The notes beneath the pieces were generated by a model, which ran no database searches, was not told where the DNA came from, and worked only from the letters and a program-made list of their open reading frames with translations. A DNA stretch of 64,000 nt. Source: a bacterium (lineage in GTDB: Bacteria; Chlamydiota; Chlamydiia; Chlamydiales; 2-12-FULL-49-11). Position numbers and translations under genes: made by a program. The stretch covers positions 12,177 through 76,176 of the forward strand of contig JAJZEO010000016.1 in NCBI GenBank assembly GCA_021847505.1. Direction: 5' to 3'. Below are positions 1-9,591 of the stretch, in pieces; position 1 is the first letter of the stretch, and every line of letters begins with the position of its first letter.

Positions 1-60
1 ATCAAAATGAAGATGCACTGACTTACCGATTTACTATTTAGTTTTTACTTAAAATTTATC

Positions 61-822
61 TCAATTTTGATAAGAACTTAGGTAGTTCCTATAAAGAATC
101 AAATAAGCATCCGTTACCACTGTATGGAATTGATGCGATTCAATCACATGACGATTAAAAGTCATGTCCTCACCTAACTTAAAATCAGGCCATTGAAATT
201 GGTCAAATACAGCCCTGGTGATGACAACAACACCATTATGCACCCCATTAGAAATGGAACCATATCTATCAAAAATTGTGGAATAGTCCGACACATAACA
301 ACTATTATGAACTATATCTTGGAGAGAATAATTAGGAAAATTTCCCTCATTCAAAAACAAACGATGGATAAGAAAATCCACCTTATAGTTCTCAAAAAGA
401 TATTTTATGAATTCCATTCTTTGTGGATGAGGAAGATCATCAGCGTCTTGGCAAAGAAGAATATCCCCGGTGCTAGCTCGACATGCAGCATTTCGATTTT
501 CTCCAGGGTATTCATTTTCATCTTCAACGATTTTAACCACAAAGGGGTATTGTTTTGTCAACACGCATTCAATCAAATCAGTAGGAATGTACTTTTTTTG
601 ACTTGTTGTCAGAGAGATAATAAACTCATCAGGTCGAACATGTTGCTGGGCATAGTAATCGATCAGGTCTGGTAATAGATAAAAATGCTTGTAATGACAG
701 GGAACTATTACACTTGTCCTCATGGGTATAGGTATCTCTCGCCGCCCCAATGCAGCAATGAATGGCTGGGTCAGAAATGTAATCACAAAAGCAAGAAAAC
801 TTATTCGAACAAATTTCATCAT
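61..822 (-). CDS. GT-A/GT2-like glycosyltransferase with N-terminal signal peptide or anchor
   Basis: 253-aa ORF. 'SVIVPCH' N-terminal strand and 'QDADDLPHP' DxD motif are typical of GT2-type enzymes. Hydrophobic N-terminus MMKFVRISFLAFVITFL. Confidence 0.6.
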   Translation of the reverse strand: MMKFVRISFLAFVITFLTQPFIAALGRREIPIPMRTSVIVPCHYKHFYLLPDLIDYYAQQHVRPDEFIISLTTSQKKYIPTDLIECVLTKQYPFVVKIVEDENEYPGENRNAACRASTGDILLCQDADDLPHPQRMEFIKYLFENYKVDFLIHRLFLNEGNFPNYSLQDIVHNSCYVSDYSTIFDRYGSISNGVHNGVVVITRAVFDQFQWPDFKLGEDMTFNRHVIESHQFHTVVTDAYLILYRNYLSSYQN

Positions 823-840
823 GGACCTTATGAGTGTTAT

Positions 841-923
841 TCATTTTTCATGCTATCCTATCAGAAAAAGAAAAAATGCGCCCATGTTTTAATTTACAAA
901 GAACGATGCTAGCATGAAAATGA
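841..923. repeat. Imperfect inverted repeat in a divergent promoter region
   Basis: Arm 'tcatttttcatgcta' (841-855) matches the reverse complement of 'tagcatgaaaatga' (910-923) with one extra T. The right arm overlaps the 10-bp palindrome 'atgctagcat'. It lies between divergent GT genes. Confidence 0.3.
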
Positions 924-1030
924 TGTCCCCAAATAAAATCTATTGATTTTTCCCTAAAAACGACTAATATCTTAAACATGCTTATTTGCACAAAACTATT
1001 CTTGATATATGTTAATTTAAGGTAATTTAG

Positions 1031-1924
1031 ATGACTTTAGTGCAGTATCCCTTTAAGGGAATTCTCGTTATTGCTCTTCTCTCAAGAACTCTCTTGCTTT
1101 TCGCGGAAGAACTCTATGATCAACATCAGAAAGTAGGTTGCGTTTATCCCTTTTTAACTCCTATTGCTAACTTTATAGAACCAATAGCAACTCATAGTGA
1201 TTTATCTGGGGTAGACGAAGTAGATTGTATTTATGTAATCAATCTTGATAGACGCACTGATCGATGGCAAAGAATGGAACAAATACTCAATCAAAACTTA
1301 TTACACGCCAATCGCGTCTCAGGTTTTGATGGAAGATACCGACTTACCGAATCTGACATGGATGCAATCGTTGGTCCCTACGGCAGAAGAAATATTAAAA
1401 AGGGGCAAGTAGGTATTGTTATAACCTATTTATCGATTTTAAAACACGCGCTCGATAACAACTTCAATTGCATTTGGGTTATGGAAGATGATGTCGAATT
1501 TCACTGTTCACCCGAATCTATCTCTAAATTTTTAGTCGCTTTATCTAATTTAGACCCAGATTGGGATCTGTTTTATACAAACATAAACCATCGTTATGAA
1601 AATAATTCTCATATTTCTGACTGTCACTGGATACGTCAAGATCAGCGTCCTGATGACCCAACAATTTTGCCAGATCCTGAGTACTTTCCTTCTTTGCAAT
1701 TAGCTAGAACTTGGTTTCATTTAGGTACATCTTCTAGCATTTTCTCCAAAAAAGGAGTTAAAAAAATCTTTGATTTTTTAACACATATATATTTTTGGTC
1801 TGGACTCGATATAGACATCCATCACCTGCCTAATATTCACGAATACATATCCACAATCGATCTTGTTGGCAATTGGCCATTTAGTGATTCCGATACCTGG
1901 CCTAAAGATGATATAGGCAGGTGA
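1031..1924 (+). CDS. GT25-family glycosyltransferase (LgtB/Lic2-like), signal-anchored
   Basis: 297 aa. 'IYVINLDRRTDRWQRM', 'VSGFDG' and 'IWVMEDDVEF' match the GT25 signature. Hydrophobic N-terminal segment GILVIALLSRTLLLF. Confidence 0.75.
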   Translation: MTLVQYPFKGILVIALLSRTLLLFAEELYDQHQKVGCVYPFLTPIANFIEPIATHSDLSGVDEVDCIYVINLDRRTDRWQRMEQILNQNLLHANRVSGFDGRYRLTESDMDAIVGPYGRRNIKKGQVGIVITYLSILKHALDNNFNCIWVMEDDVEFHCSPESISKFLVALSNLDPDWDLFYTNINHRYENNSHISDCHWIRQDQRPDDPTILPDPEYFPSLQLARTWFHLGTSSSIFSKKGVKKIFDFLTHIYFWSGLDIDIHHLPNIHEYISTIDLVGNWPFSDSDTWPKDDIGR

Positions 1925-2133
1925 GAACTTCTTTTTCAAGAAAAATCTTGCAGTTAACTACAAAGCGTGTTGATAACTCTTTCTAGTAATTCAACTCTTC
2001 TTCAGGTAACCAAAATTACTTTAGAGCTTGGACAGAAAAAGATTTCTGTAATTCATAATGATACAAGAAAAGGAGCTCTTTTTAACATCGATCAAACTGT
2101 AGACCTCTTTTATTGATGCACGTGACTTTGTAA

Positions 2134-2835
2134 TTACTTCAAAAGTTCCTTTCTCACAAACACAACATTTCCATGATGTGTATGACATGTTTGTTCCTTA
2201 CAAATCATTGAAAAACCCAATGATTCTAACCAGCTCTTATACTCTTCTAATAAAACAGTCCCTTTGTAAAACTCTAACTCTGAATATTCGGTATAAATGA
2301 CTTTTACAGTGGACAAAATTCGCGGAGAAGCTCTTAACATCTGGCACTCTGCCCCTTGCATGTCAAGATATAAAAAATCCACTTTTTTAACCCCTGTCAT
2401 ATTTGCCCAATCATCCAAAGTAATTATGGGGACCTTCACAACATCACAAAATTCAATTACATCCGACCACACAAATTGATCAGTGGGGGGTAAAAGAGAA
2501 CTTTGTGCATCAAAAGGATTCTCATCTCTAGGATTTTTTTTTGCACTTAAAAAAAAATCTGCAAAACCAGTCATCTCACCTAAAGCTATTTCAAAGGTTT
2601 GAACATTCTGCAAACCAGCGACTCTAGTGCGAAGCTGTTCATACACATCGTGCCTACATTCAAAAGCATAGATTTTACCCTGAGGCCAAAATTTAGCCAT
2701 TTTGTATGTGTCACTACCATCATGCGCACCACAATCAATAATGACAGCATCGGAAGGAACAAATCGACTCGCTACATCAAAAGCATCCCCATAACAACTC
2801 CCCCAGCAAAAAAGAACAAAAATCCAATTTCTCAT
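2134..2835 (-). CDS. FkbM-family SAM-dependent methyltransferase with signal peptide
   Basis: 233 aa. 'VIIDCGAHDGSDTYKMA' and 'DFLYLDMQGAE' match the Methyltransf_21/FkbM pattern. N-terminus MRNWIFVLFCWGSCYG. Confidence 0.7.
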   Translation of the reverse strand: MRNWIFVLFCWGSCYGDAFDVASRFVPSDAVIIDCGAHDGSDTYKMAKFWPQGKIYAFECRHDVYEQLRTRVAGLQNVQTFEIALGEMTGFADFFLSAKKNPRDENPFDAQSSLLPPTDQFVWSDVIEFCDVVKVPIITLDDWANMTGVKKVDFLYLDMQGAECQMLRASPRILSTVKVIYTEYSELEFYKGTVLLEEYKSWLESLGFSMICKEQTCHTHHGNVVFVRKELLK

Positions 2836-2879
2836 GCTAACCTCTTTTTTTAATCTATCCTACTTTAACAGCTATCTCT

Positions 2880-3785
2880 CTATTTTACTACAAAGCCTCT
2901 CTTGTACTTACTAATTTCTTTTTCCCAGTAGTTAATATATAATTTTTCATAATTATATTCCCTATCCTTAAATTCGTCCCATTTTTTTTCTAAATAACTC
3001 TCATCAATGATGTTCCAATCATCGACTATCAAAACAGGTAAGTCTTTAAATAAAGGATCCAGCGAGGAACTCTTTACGACTGGGACAGCCCCCATATACA
3101 ACGCCTCCCAGGTTCTATGAGTATCTATTCCATTTCCTCGTGGTGAAATCACAAACTTTGTTCTTGCCAAGTCGGTTAAATAGGAAAAAAAATCCTTAGA
3201 GCAAGAATAAACACCCCCATTTAACTGTCTGAATAAATTATACACATAAGACCGTTCGTCGGAATAAGTTCCAATGGAGAAATTCATATAAAGCAAATGT
3301 TCTTTGTTGCAATTCTGAAAAAGCGATCTTGCTTCTTTTAGCTTTTGAACATTTCCATGTGGCCAACATCTATTGGCTATTCCAATTGGAATACCTTTAA
3401 GCTTTGGATGGGTAAAGTTTGTTATGTTCTGTGCAAACCAAATTATCACATTGTCATTATCTAAATATCCCTTATATTTATCAGTCACTGGAAGATCTCC
3501 ATTATGTGTGATAAGAATGTAGGGCTGGTTAATTCTTGAATGATAAGAAGCAATAAAATCATCTAAAAGATCTATTTTTACAAAAATGATATCACCAAAT
3601 CTGACTTTAGTTGGCATTAGCGAACGACTTTCTTCATCAAAGACGAAATTTGCAAGCGCACGAAAAGAGTCTCCTGAAATATATGGGGCACTAGAACCTC
3701 TACCGCTCTCAGCATAAATATTTGCCAAAAAACAAACACTTATTATGAAAAAAAATATTTGTTGCTTCGAGCTTACTGATGCCAT
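2880..3785 (-). CDS. Exostosin (GT47)-like glycosyltransferase with signal peptide
   Basis: 301 aa. C-terminal 'KFVISPRGNGIDTHRTWEALYMGAVPVV' matches the exostosin-family motif (pRG..D..R..EAl..G.iPV). N-terminal hydrophobic segment IFFFIISVCFLANIYA. Confidence 0.55.
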   Translation of the reverse strand: MASVSSKQQIFFFIISVCFLANIYAESGRGSSAPYISGDSFRALANFVFDEESRSLMPTKVRFGDIIFVKIDLLDDFIASYHSRINQPYILITHNGDLPVTDKYKGYLDNDNVIIWFAQNITNFTHPKLKGIPIGIANRCWPHGNVQKLKEARSLFQNCNKEHLLYMNFSIGTYSDERSYVYNLFRQLNGGVYSCSKDFFSYLTDLARTKFVISPRGNGIDTHRTWEALYMGAVPVVKSSSLDPLFKDLPVLIVDDWNIIDESYLEKKWDEFKDREYNYEKLYINYWEKEISKYKRGFVVK

Positions 3786-3798
3786 TTATAGTCTCTTT

Positions 3799-4755
3799 TC
3801 ACCTTGCTAGCTTGTAAAAGTGATTCATAGTCTCTACATTCCCTTCTTCTGTGAACACCTCTGAATAGGGCAACTGGGGAAACATTTTTAGTCTATGAGC
3901 GACAATTCCCAATGCTACTTGTTCTGGCCTAGGAGAAAGAAAGCCCTTAAGCTTCCTCATTTTCTCGAAACTATTCTCAAAAAAGAGCCTAGTCCTTTCA
4001 TTTTCCATATTTAATCCAATCAAAGAGGCTTGTATCTGGGGAATTGATGCTCTTTCGTATTCCGTTAAAGAAAATGCCTCAACAACCATGGGGGAGTCAT
4101 GAGCTGCAACTTTTGTTACATGATCAATCAGAAAGTACCCATCTTCCTCCAAATAACGTAGAATCGCATTGAACTTTTCACCAGGAATCACCGCTGAATC
4201 AATCCATATAATATTTTTATATCCCAATCGGTAGGCCTCCCTGATCATACAGAGCTTAAAACTATAGGGAACATGAATAAGAGTTAGAGATCCCCCTTCA
4301 ACGTCAGGCCACCCACCTAGACGATAAAGAAAATGCCCTGTGAAATGGCATTTTTTCAGATATTTTTTAATTCTTGAAATTTTTTCCGTATAGGATGAAT
4401 TCCAACTTCCATAACAAACAACGCAACAATCTCTATAATTTGGATCATCGTTAAACAATATTTTATGCAGTTCAAGATCAATCTCACCGTTATTTCCCAA
4501 CTTTAGATTTCTTGCTCTAAAATCATAACGTAAACCATCAGCTTTAGATGGGATATACCATTCATAGTTAAGCCATTTTAAATAGTCCCTTCTTCCGTTT
4601 AGTAAATAATCTTGAATTAATAAAAAGTCAGCATCTTTAGGAGATTGAATATCAGACACTTTAGCATAGACAACGTCCCAATCATTGATTACGCGTTCAT
4701 TACTATAACAAACATAACTCGACATCAAAATAATTACAACAAAAATGGTTTTCAT
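3799..4755 (-). CDS. Secreted putative nucleotide-diphospho-sugar transferase (GT-A-like), uncharacterised
   Basis: 318 aa with signal peptide MKTIFVVIILMSSYVCYS. 'YSFKLCMIREAYRLGYKNIIWIDSAVIP' resembles the helix plus DxD strand of Nucleotid_trans-type GT-A enzymes. It lies inside the GT cluster. Confidence 0.35.
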   Translation of the reverse strand: MKTIFVVIILMSSYVCYSNERVINDWDVVYAKVSDIQSPKDADFLLIQDYLLNGRRDYLKWLNYEWYIPSKADGLRYDFRARNLKLGNNGEIDLELHKILFNDDPNYRDCCVVCYGSWNSSYTEKISRIKKYLKKCHFTGHFLYRLGGWPDVEGGSLTLIHVPYSFKLCMIREAYRLGYKNIIWIDSAVIPGEKFNAILRYLEEDGYFLIDHVTKVAAHDSPMVVEAFSLTEYERASIPQIQASLIGLNMENERTRLFFENSFEKMRKLKGFLSPRPEQVALGIVAHRLKMFPQLPYSEVFTEEGNVETMNHFYKLAR

Positions 4756-4770
4756 AATAAATCTGCTTCA

Positions 4771-5724
4771 TTAACTACTTGTATCGCTTGTTCGATTAAC
4801 TATTGTATGTGTAATATACGGCTGTGTAAGAACATATTGTCGAATATTGGGAACTAAATGGATGGAAACATCCACATGGGTCCATAGTTCCATTGACTGA
4901 TGAAATTTAATCAGTTTTTCAAGTCCTGATTTTGATATAATCAGTGAATAGGCTCCAATTCTTACATGAATCCTTTCAAAGTCATCTCCAATAAACTCTC
5001 TCTTAAAAAAATAATCCGCGTTAGCTTTTTCCACTTTTGGGTGATGCATTGGCGGTACATGAGTTTGTCTAAGAAATGTTCCATCCCAATTTCTCGTATC
5101 TGGATCTGTATATAAAATATCCCAATCAGGATCTAATTTACTAAGCTTTTCTAATAACTCTGGGATTTTTTCTAGAGGTTGAAAAATCTCAATATCATCT
5201 TCCATTATCCAAATTCTATCGTAACCTTTAAGTATAGCATCTCTCCAAATGGAAAAATGGCTAAGTGCGCAACCAATGGCTCCTAGTGTTAATTCAGTAT
5301 CATATTTTTTTTTCCCTGTTATCTTCCAAAGATCATTTCTTAAGAGCTCCTTACCATTTACAGCTTCTACGCGTGTTGCATTAAAATGATGCTTATGCAT
5401 TAATGCTTCTATTCTCTTCTTTCTCTCGGGCCTGGTAGCAAGATTAATGTAGTAAATTTGGTCAATCCCGCTCACCCCAGAAAATTTTGGCTCATCTTCT
5501 AGAGGAATATCGACAATATGTGCGTCAATCCTAGCATTATAAAACTTAATCTCCCTCTCTTCCGCATATAGAGTTAGACAAATTAAACATGCAGCTAAAG
5601 TTACGGCTCTAGTCATATTAGTTAACATAAAAATTGTCCTCGTAGAGAAAAAAAGTTGTTCCATATTTCCCCCAGGATAGTTAGGAAAATCACTATTAAA
5701 GTCAAATAGATACTCAGAGAACAA
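4771..5724 (-). CDS. GT25-family glycosyltransferase, signal-anchored
   Basis: 317 aa. 'IYYINLATRPERKKRIEALM', 'VEAVNGKEL', 'IWIMEDDIEI' and 'DPDWDILYTD' are GT25 signatures. Hydrophobic segment AVTLAACLICLTLYA. The true start may be an internal Met. Confidence 0.75.
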   Translation of the reverse strand: MFSEYLFDFNSDFPNYPGGNMEQLFFSTRTIFMLTNMTRAVTLAACLICLTLYAEEREIKFYNARIDAHIVDIPLEDEPKFSGVSGIDQIYYINLATRPERKKRIEALMHKHHFNATRVEAVNGKELLRNDLWKITGKKKYDTELTLGAIGCALSHFSIWRDAILKGYDRIWIMEDDIEIFQPLEKIPELLEKLSKLDPDWDILYTDPDTRNWDGTFLRQTHVPPMHHPKVEKANADYFFKREFIGDDFERIHVRIGAYSLIISKSGLEKLIKFHQSMELWTHVDVSIHLVPNIRQYVLTQPYITHTIVNRTSDTSS

Positions 5725-5741
5725 CCTAAATTCTTGTTAAT

Positions 5742-6620
5742 TTAAAATTGCTCATCAATAGGACAAATCGCACTGTAATCAACCTCTTCCCATTGTTGTA
5801 ATATTGAAGGCAAACTAGATTTAAAAGGGAGAGCACGAAAAGCATCTCTCCAAAGGGACATAGCATCATTAGGAGTTTCCTTAAATGCCTCGTGCAAATC
5901 TTTTCGAACTAGAAATAGATTAATAGTAAGACAAACAGGCTCATACCCCATTCTTTTCGCCACCTCTATGTATACTTCTAATGGCTGTTGCCGATTTGCT
6001 AATGCAATTTCTTCACAGACTTCTTGCTTAATTAAAGGGTGCCAAGCTAAATTCGCTTCAATCATTATTACTTTAGGCCTACATTTCAACCCCTTGAGAA
6101 TATAGTAATCAGCCCCATCAACATCAATAGACAAAAAATCGATTTCTCTTTCTGGGAAATACCGTTGATATATTTCATCGAATAGAAGACCATTTTTGTC
6201 ATCCGCCTTATAAGTAACCGCTAACTTCAATGGCATTACCCCAGAATCTCTGGGATAGTTTAAACTAAGTTCATTGTACAAATCTGATGATGGCTCAATC
6301 ATAACTCCTTCCCAGCCACTTTCCCATAAACTTCTGGTATTAGAAATCTCAATCCCATCCATAGCTCCAAATTCTACAAAAAATCCTTTCTCAATTTGAA
6401 GTCTACGAAAAATCTCTTTAATAATTCCTTCTTCGCCATATTGAGAATATTTGCATTCTGCAAATCGATTCAAACTATTAGAAGAAAGTCTCTCAAAATT
6501 TTTTCTTAATTCAGCTTCTGTTGAATCCTTCCATAAATTTACATGTGCAAATACAGGAACACTCAATGGGAGGAAGAGCACTAGTAAATAATTTCTCACA
6601 ACACCATAATATCGATACAA
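5742..6620 (-). CDS. FkbM-like methyltransferase with signal peptide
   Basis: 292 aa. 'YSQYGEEGIIKEIF', 'FFVEFGAMDGIEISNTRSL' and 'DFLSIDVDGADYYIL' fit the family. Paralogue of 13216..14007. Confidence 0.6.
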   Translation of the reverse strand: MYRYYGVVRNYLLVLFLPLSVPVFAHVNLWKDSTEAELRKNFERLSSNSLNRFAECKYSQYGEEGIIKEIFRRLQIEKGFFVEFGAMDGIEISNTRSLWESGWEGVMIEPSSDLYNELSLNYPRDSGVMPLKLAVTYKADDKNGLLFDEIYQRYFPEREIDFLSIDVDGADYYILKGLKCRPKVIMIEANLAWHPLIKQEVCEEIALANRQQPLEVYIEVAKRMGYEPVCLTINLFLVRKDLHEAFKETPNDAMSLWRDAFRALPFKSSLPSILQQWEEVDYSAICPIDEQF

Positions 6621-6650
6621 AACAAACCTCCAATTTATGCAAACAGTTTC

Positions 6651-7517
6651 CTAATTTTCGATTATCCAAGATTTAGGGATCAAATCCTCCGTATTGTGCA
6701 TATCATAGGCTTCCCCAAACCACTTCCTTGGCGCAACTACGAGTTTATTTGGATTGCGATTGAGATAGGCCGCCCACCAGGAATAAGTTGAATTTGCAAT
6801 GATATTACTTTTACAAAGACTCATAAGATACAAATCATGGTAACGATTTTCACCTTCAATAAAAATAATATTTTCTTCTATTCCCGAGAATATGGTTTTG
6901 CACCATTCTATGTTGTTCGAGAAGACAACGAATAAGGACTCTTTAGGAAAATGCTTCATTGCGTTTATATAATATTCTCGTGTGCAATTTGGGTGATAGA
7001 TCTGTTCAGTATCTCGCCTATAGTCACGACAGTGTATGGAAACAGTGTTTGAGTTTTCCAAAATAGGCCCATATTTACTAGTCAGGTAAGAAATAATTTC
7101 CTCTGAAGGGGCAAATATATTTAATACTTTATCCTTGCAATGAATAAAATACTTTTCTGATTGAAAATACCCCCTAAGTAAAACGTTGCGGCTAGGGGGA
7201 ACTTTGCAATAGTGAAAGTATGGTTCATTATATATGCTTCTAATTCTTACGTTGGGGGCATGCCCATTCAGTCTAAAAAAAATTGCTTGAAAATTTTCAG
7301 GAATATTCCATCTTTCATCTGTCAGTAAAGCAGGAAAACAGGGCACTAAACCATTTTCCTCCGAAAACCCAATTGTTGCGGCAATGATGAACATTTGATT
7401 TCCTAGTTCCCCCTGCAACTCGCCAACAACATAATCATCTGCAAATAAAACAAATAGACTAAGTAAGGTTCCTAAAAAAACAAATCCTACTAAACTTTTC
7501 CCTTTTAAAAATTTCAT
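6651..7517 (-). CDS. GT11 alpha-1,2-fucosyltransferase-like, signal-anchored
   Basis: 288 aa. 'GELGNQMFIIAA', 'VSIHCRDYRRD' and 'NSTYSWWAAYLN' correspond to GT11 motifs I-III. Its start overlaps the stop of the downstream GT10 gene by 4 nt (ATGA). Confidence 0.75.
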   Translation of the reverse strand: MKFLKGKSLVGFVFLGTLLSLFVLFADDYVVGELQGELGNQMFIIAATIGFSEENGLVPCFPALLTDERWNIPENFQAIFFRLNGHAPNVRIRSIYNEPYFHYCKVPPSRNVLLRGYFQSEKYFIHCKDKVLNIFAPSEEIISYLTSKYGPILENSNTVSIHCRDYRRDTEQIYHPNCTREYYINAMKHFPKESLFVVFSNNIEWCKTIFSGIEENIIFIEGENRYHDLYLMSLCKSNIIANSTYSWWAAYLNRNPNKLVVAPRKWFGEAYDMHNTEDLIPKSWIIEN

Positions 7518-8524
7518 TCGAAAATTGCCTTTAAGTACGCTTTCACTAATTGTTTCGTTCTAAATCGATCTCCTTGAACGGAATTGACATATTTTTGAAT
7601 GTTATTGAGATAATTTTGCCATACTTTTTCCTCCATTGATTCAATATAGGAATGCAATTTTGAATATGTGTTAAACTCCCTGGCATCGATGAAACACCCA
7701 GCAGGAATATAGTCTGCTATATTTGTGGCTCCAAGGTAAATAGGCACTGAACCCACCATTAACGGATCAAATATTTTTTCAGTGATATAACCATCATTAT
7801 TCAAATAATTTTCGAACGCATAACAAAATCGGTAATTCTTCAACACTGCAAGCTTGTCTTCAGGCGAACAAACATAGCAGGGGTGATCCGATTTTGAAAA
7901 TCCAAATAGATCAAAGCTTAAATGAGAATTTTTTTCATAAAAATTTAGCAGCCTAATTCGCTCTGAATAAAGTTCATTTGGGTGAGAAGATGTTTTATTC
8001 CCAATTATTGTACACACGAGCTTTCGTTCTGAAAAAGAAGGCAAATTCAAAACCATACCATGGTTTACCGGATAGCCATACTTAATATAACGGCTTCCAT
8101 CAACCAAATTATCATTCCAGGTAATGATCCGATCAAATAAAGAATGCACTTTTTTTTGATGAACTTCAGGACAAACTGTAGGGGGCTCCCAAATCGTTAA
8201 AATTTTCTTGCATTTAAGTTTCTTTAATCTTGCTAAATCACTATTATTTGGAACATTGTTAAAAACAACCACATCACCATTTCCAAATTTATCGCTTTCA
8301 ACTGCAATAATATCCCATCCTCGCTCTTTTAAGCGATAACGAAGCTGTGTGTAGGGAGAACTGCTAAATACATCTTGGGGCTCGATTGGATCCTTAAAGA
8401 CCTCATCTGCAATCCCCGAACAATTCATAATAAATTCAACCAAATTGCAATGAGCAGAAATTGAAAGTTGAAAGAAACTCACGATAAGCAGATTCCAAAA
8501 GGAAATAACAAACCAATTTGCCAT
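7514..8524 (-). CDS. GT10 alpha-1,3/4-fucosyltransferase-like, signal-anchored
   Basis: 336 aa. 'YRFCYAFENYLNNDGYITEKIFDPLMVGSVPIYLG' matches the GT10 alpha-1,3-FucT motif (FENS...Y.TEK). N-terminus MANWFVISFWNLLIVSFF. Confidence 0.8.
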   Translation of the reverse strand: MANWFVISFWNLLIVSFFQLSISAHCNLVEFIMNCSGIADEVFKDPIEPQDVFSSSPYTQLRYRLKERGWDIIAVESDKFGNGDVVVFNNVPNNSDLARLKKLKCKKILTIWEPPTVCPEVHQKKVHSLFDRIITWNDNLVDGSRYIKYGYPVNHGMVLNLPSFSERKLVCTIIGNKTSSHPNELYSERIRLLNFYEKNSHLSFDLFGFSKSDHPCYVCSPEDKLAVLKNYRFCYAFENYLNNDGYITEKIFDPLMVGSVPIYLGATNIADYIPAGCFIDAREFNTYSKLHSYIESMEEKVWQNYLNNIQKYVNSVQGDRFRTKQLVKAYLKAIFE

Positions 8525-8641
8525 AAATTTTCACTATATAAACCTTCAATTGAACATTCTTTCATAAAATCAAAAAATAGTCCACTAATGTCTCTTTGTA
8601 GACCAACGTTAGCGATCATGTTGCATTTGGGACAAAGCTAT

Positions 8642-8670
8642 TTGAATATGCCGAAAATACAGATTAAATA
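8642..8670 (+). promoter_or_regulatory. Candidate sigma70-like promoter for the + strand GT operon
   Basis: TTGAAT (8642-8647), a 17-nt spacer, then TAAATA (8665-8670). It lies upstream of the ORF that starts at 8685 (or at the internal Met at 8751). Sequence match only. Confidence 0.25.
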
Positions 8671-8684
8671 TCGTTGAATGTTTA

Positions 8685-9551
8685 ATGAAAAAGTTTTATA
8701 AGCTGAACCGTCTTTGGTTAGAATTTAACACACTAACAACCGGTTACTTTATGAAGTTAGGTTTCTATTTTTGTTTTGCACTACTAGGGCTATTTGGTAA
8801 TGAAGTCTTACTAGAAGAAAAGAGAATCGTAATTGTTGTTCCTTCGTACAAAAATGAAAAATGGGTTAAACAAAACTTATCTTCCATTTTCAACCAAGAT
8901 TATGTTAATTATCGAGTGATTTATATCGATGATTACTCCCCTGATAACACAGTCCCATTAATAAAATCCCTTGTCAATGAATGGAATTTCGCAGTTAATT
9001 TTACTTTAATAGAAAATAAAGAACGAAAGGGTGCCATGAGAAATTTGTATGAGGCGATTCACAGCTGCGATGACGAAGAGATCGTTGTCACTGTTGATGG
9101 GGATGACTGGCTTGCTCATGATCAGGTCCTCAATCATCTCAATAAAGTCTATTCAAACAAAGATCGACCGGTATGGATTACACACGGAAGTTATCGTGAT
9201 TCAAAAGGAAACCCCGGAATGCAAAATCAAATTACAGATTCGATCATTGAACGAAATGCCTTTCGGGGAAAATGCCGCGTTTCTCATCTCAGAACCTTTT
9301 ATGCTTGGCTTTTTAAAAAGATCCTCATTCAAGACTTAATGTATGAAGGTAAGTTTTTTGAAATGGGCTGGGATTTAGCAATGATGTTTCCAATGCTAGA
9401 AATGGCAGGCCACAGGCAACTTTACATTCCAGAGGTACTGTATATTTATAATGTTCAAAATCCAATCAGCGATTTTGTCAAAAATCCAGATTATCAGATG
9501 AAATTGGATCGATATATTCACAAAAAAAGGAAGTATTGTCCCCTACTGTAA
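8685..9551 (+). CDS. GT2-family glycosyltransferase, signal-anchored
   Basis: 288 aa. 'VIVVPSYKNEKWVKQNLSSIFNQDY', 'YIDDYSPDNT' and 'VTVDGDDWL' are the classical GT2 N-terminal and DxD motifs. Hydrophobic segment MKLGFYFCFALLGLFG (possible true start at 8751). Confidence 0.8.
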   Translation: MKKFYKLNRLWLEFNTLTTGYFMKLGFYFCFALLGLFGNEVLLEEKRIVIVVPSYKNEKWVKQNLSSIFNQDYVNYRVIYIDDYSPDNTVPLIKSLVNEWNFAVNFTLIENKERKGAMRNLYEAIHSCDDEEIVVTVDGDDWLAHDQVLNHLNKVYSNKDRPVWITHGSYRDSKGNPGMQNQITDSIIERNAFRGKCRVSHLRTFYAWLFKKILIQDLMYEGKFFEMGWDLAMMFPMLEMAGHRQLYIPEVLYIYNVQNPISDFVKNPDYQMKLDRYIHKKRKYCPLL

Positions 9552-9591
9552 TTTTAAGGAACCCCCTTAAAATATTAGTGTTATTTTTCTT

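Noticed and set aside
193-675. Antisense or alternative-frame ORFs within island genes (193-675, 2599-2853, 9049-9339, 13537-13785, 14493-14744, 15311-15577).
   Set aside because: Each lies wholly inside a longer ORF with clear family motifs on the other strand or in another frame. Their translations are low-complexity Ile/Phe/Lys/Asn-rich strings, typical of AT-rich shadow frames.
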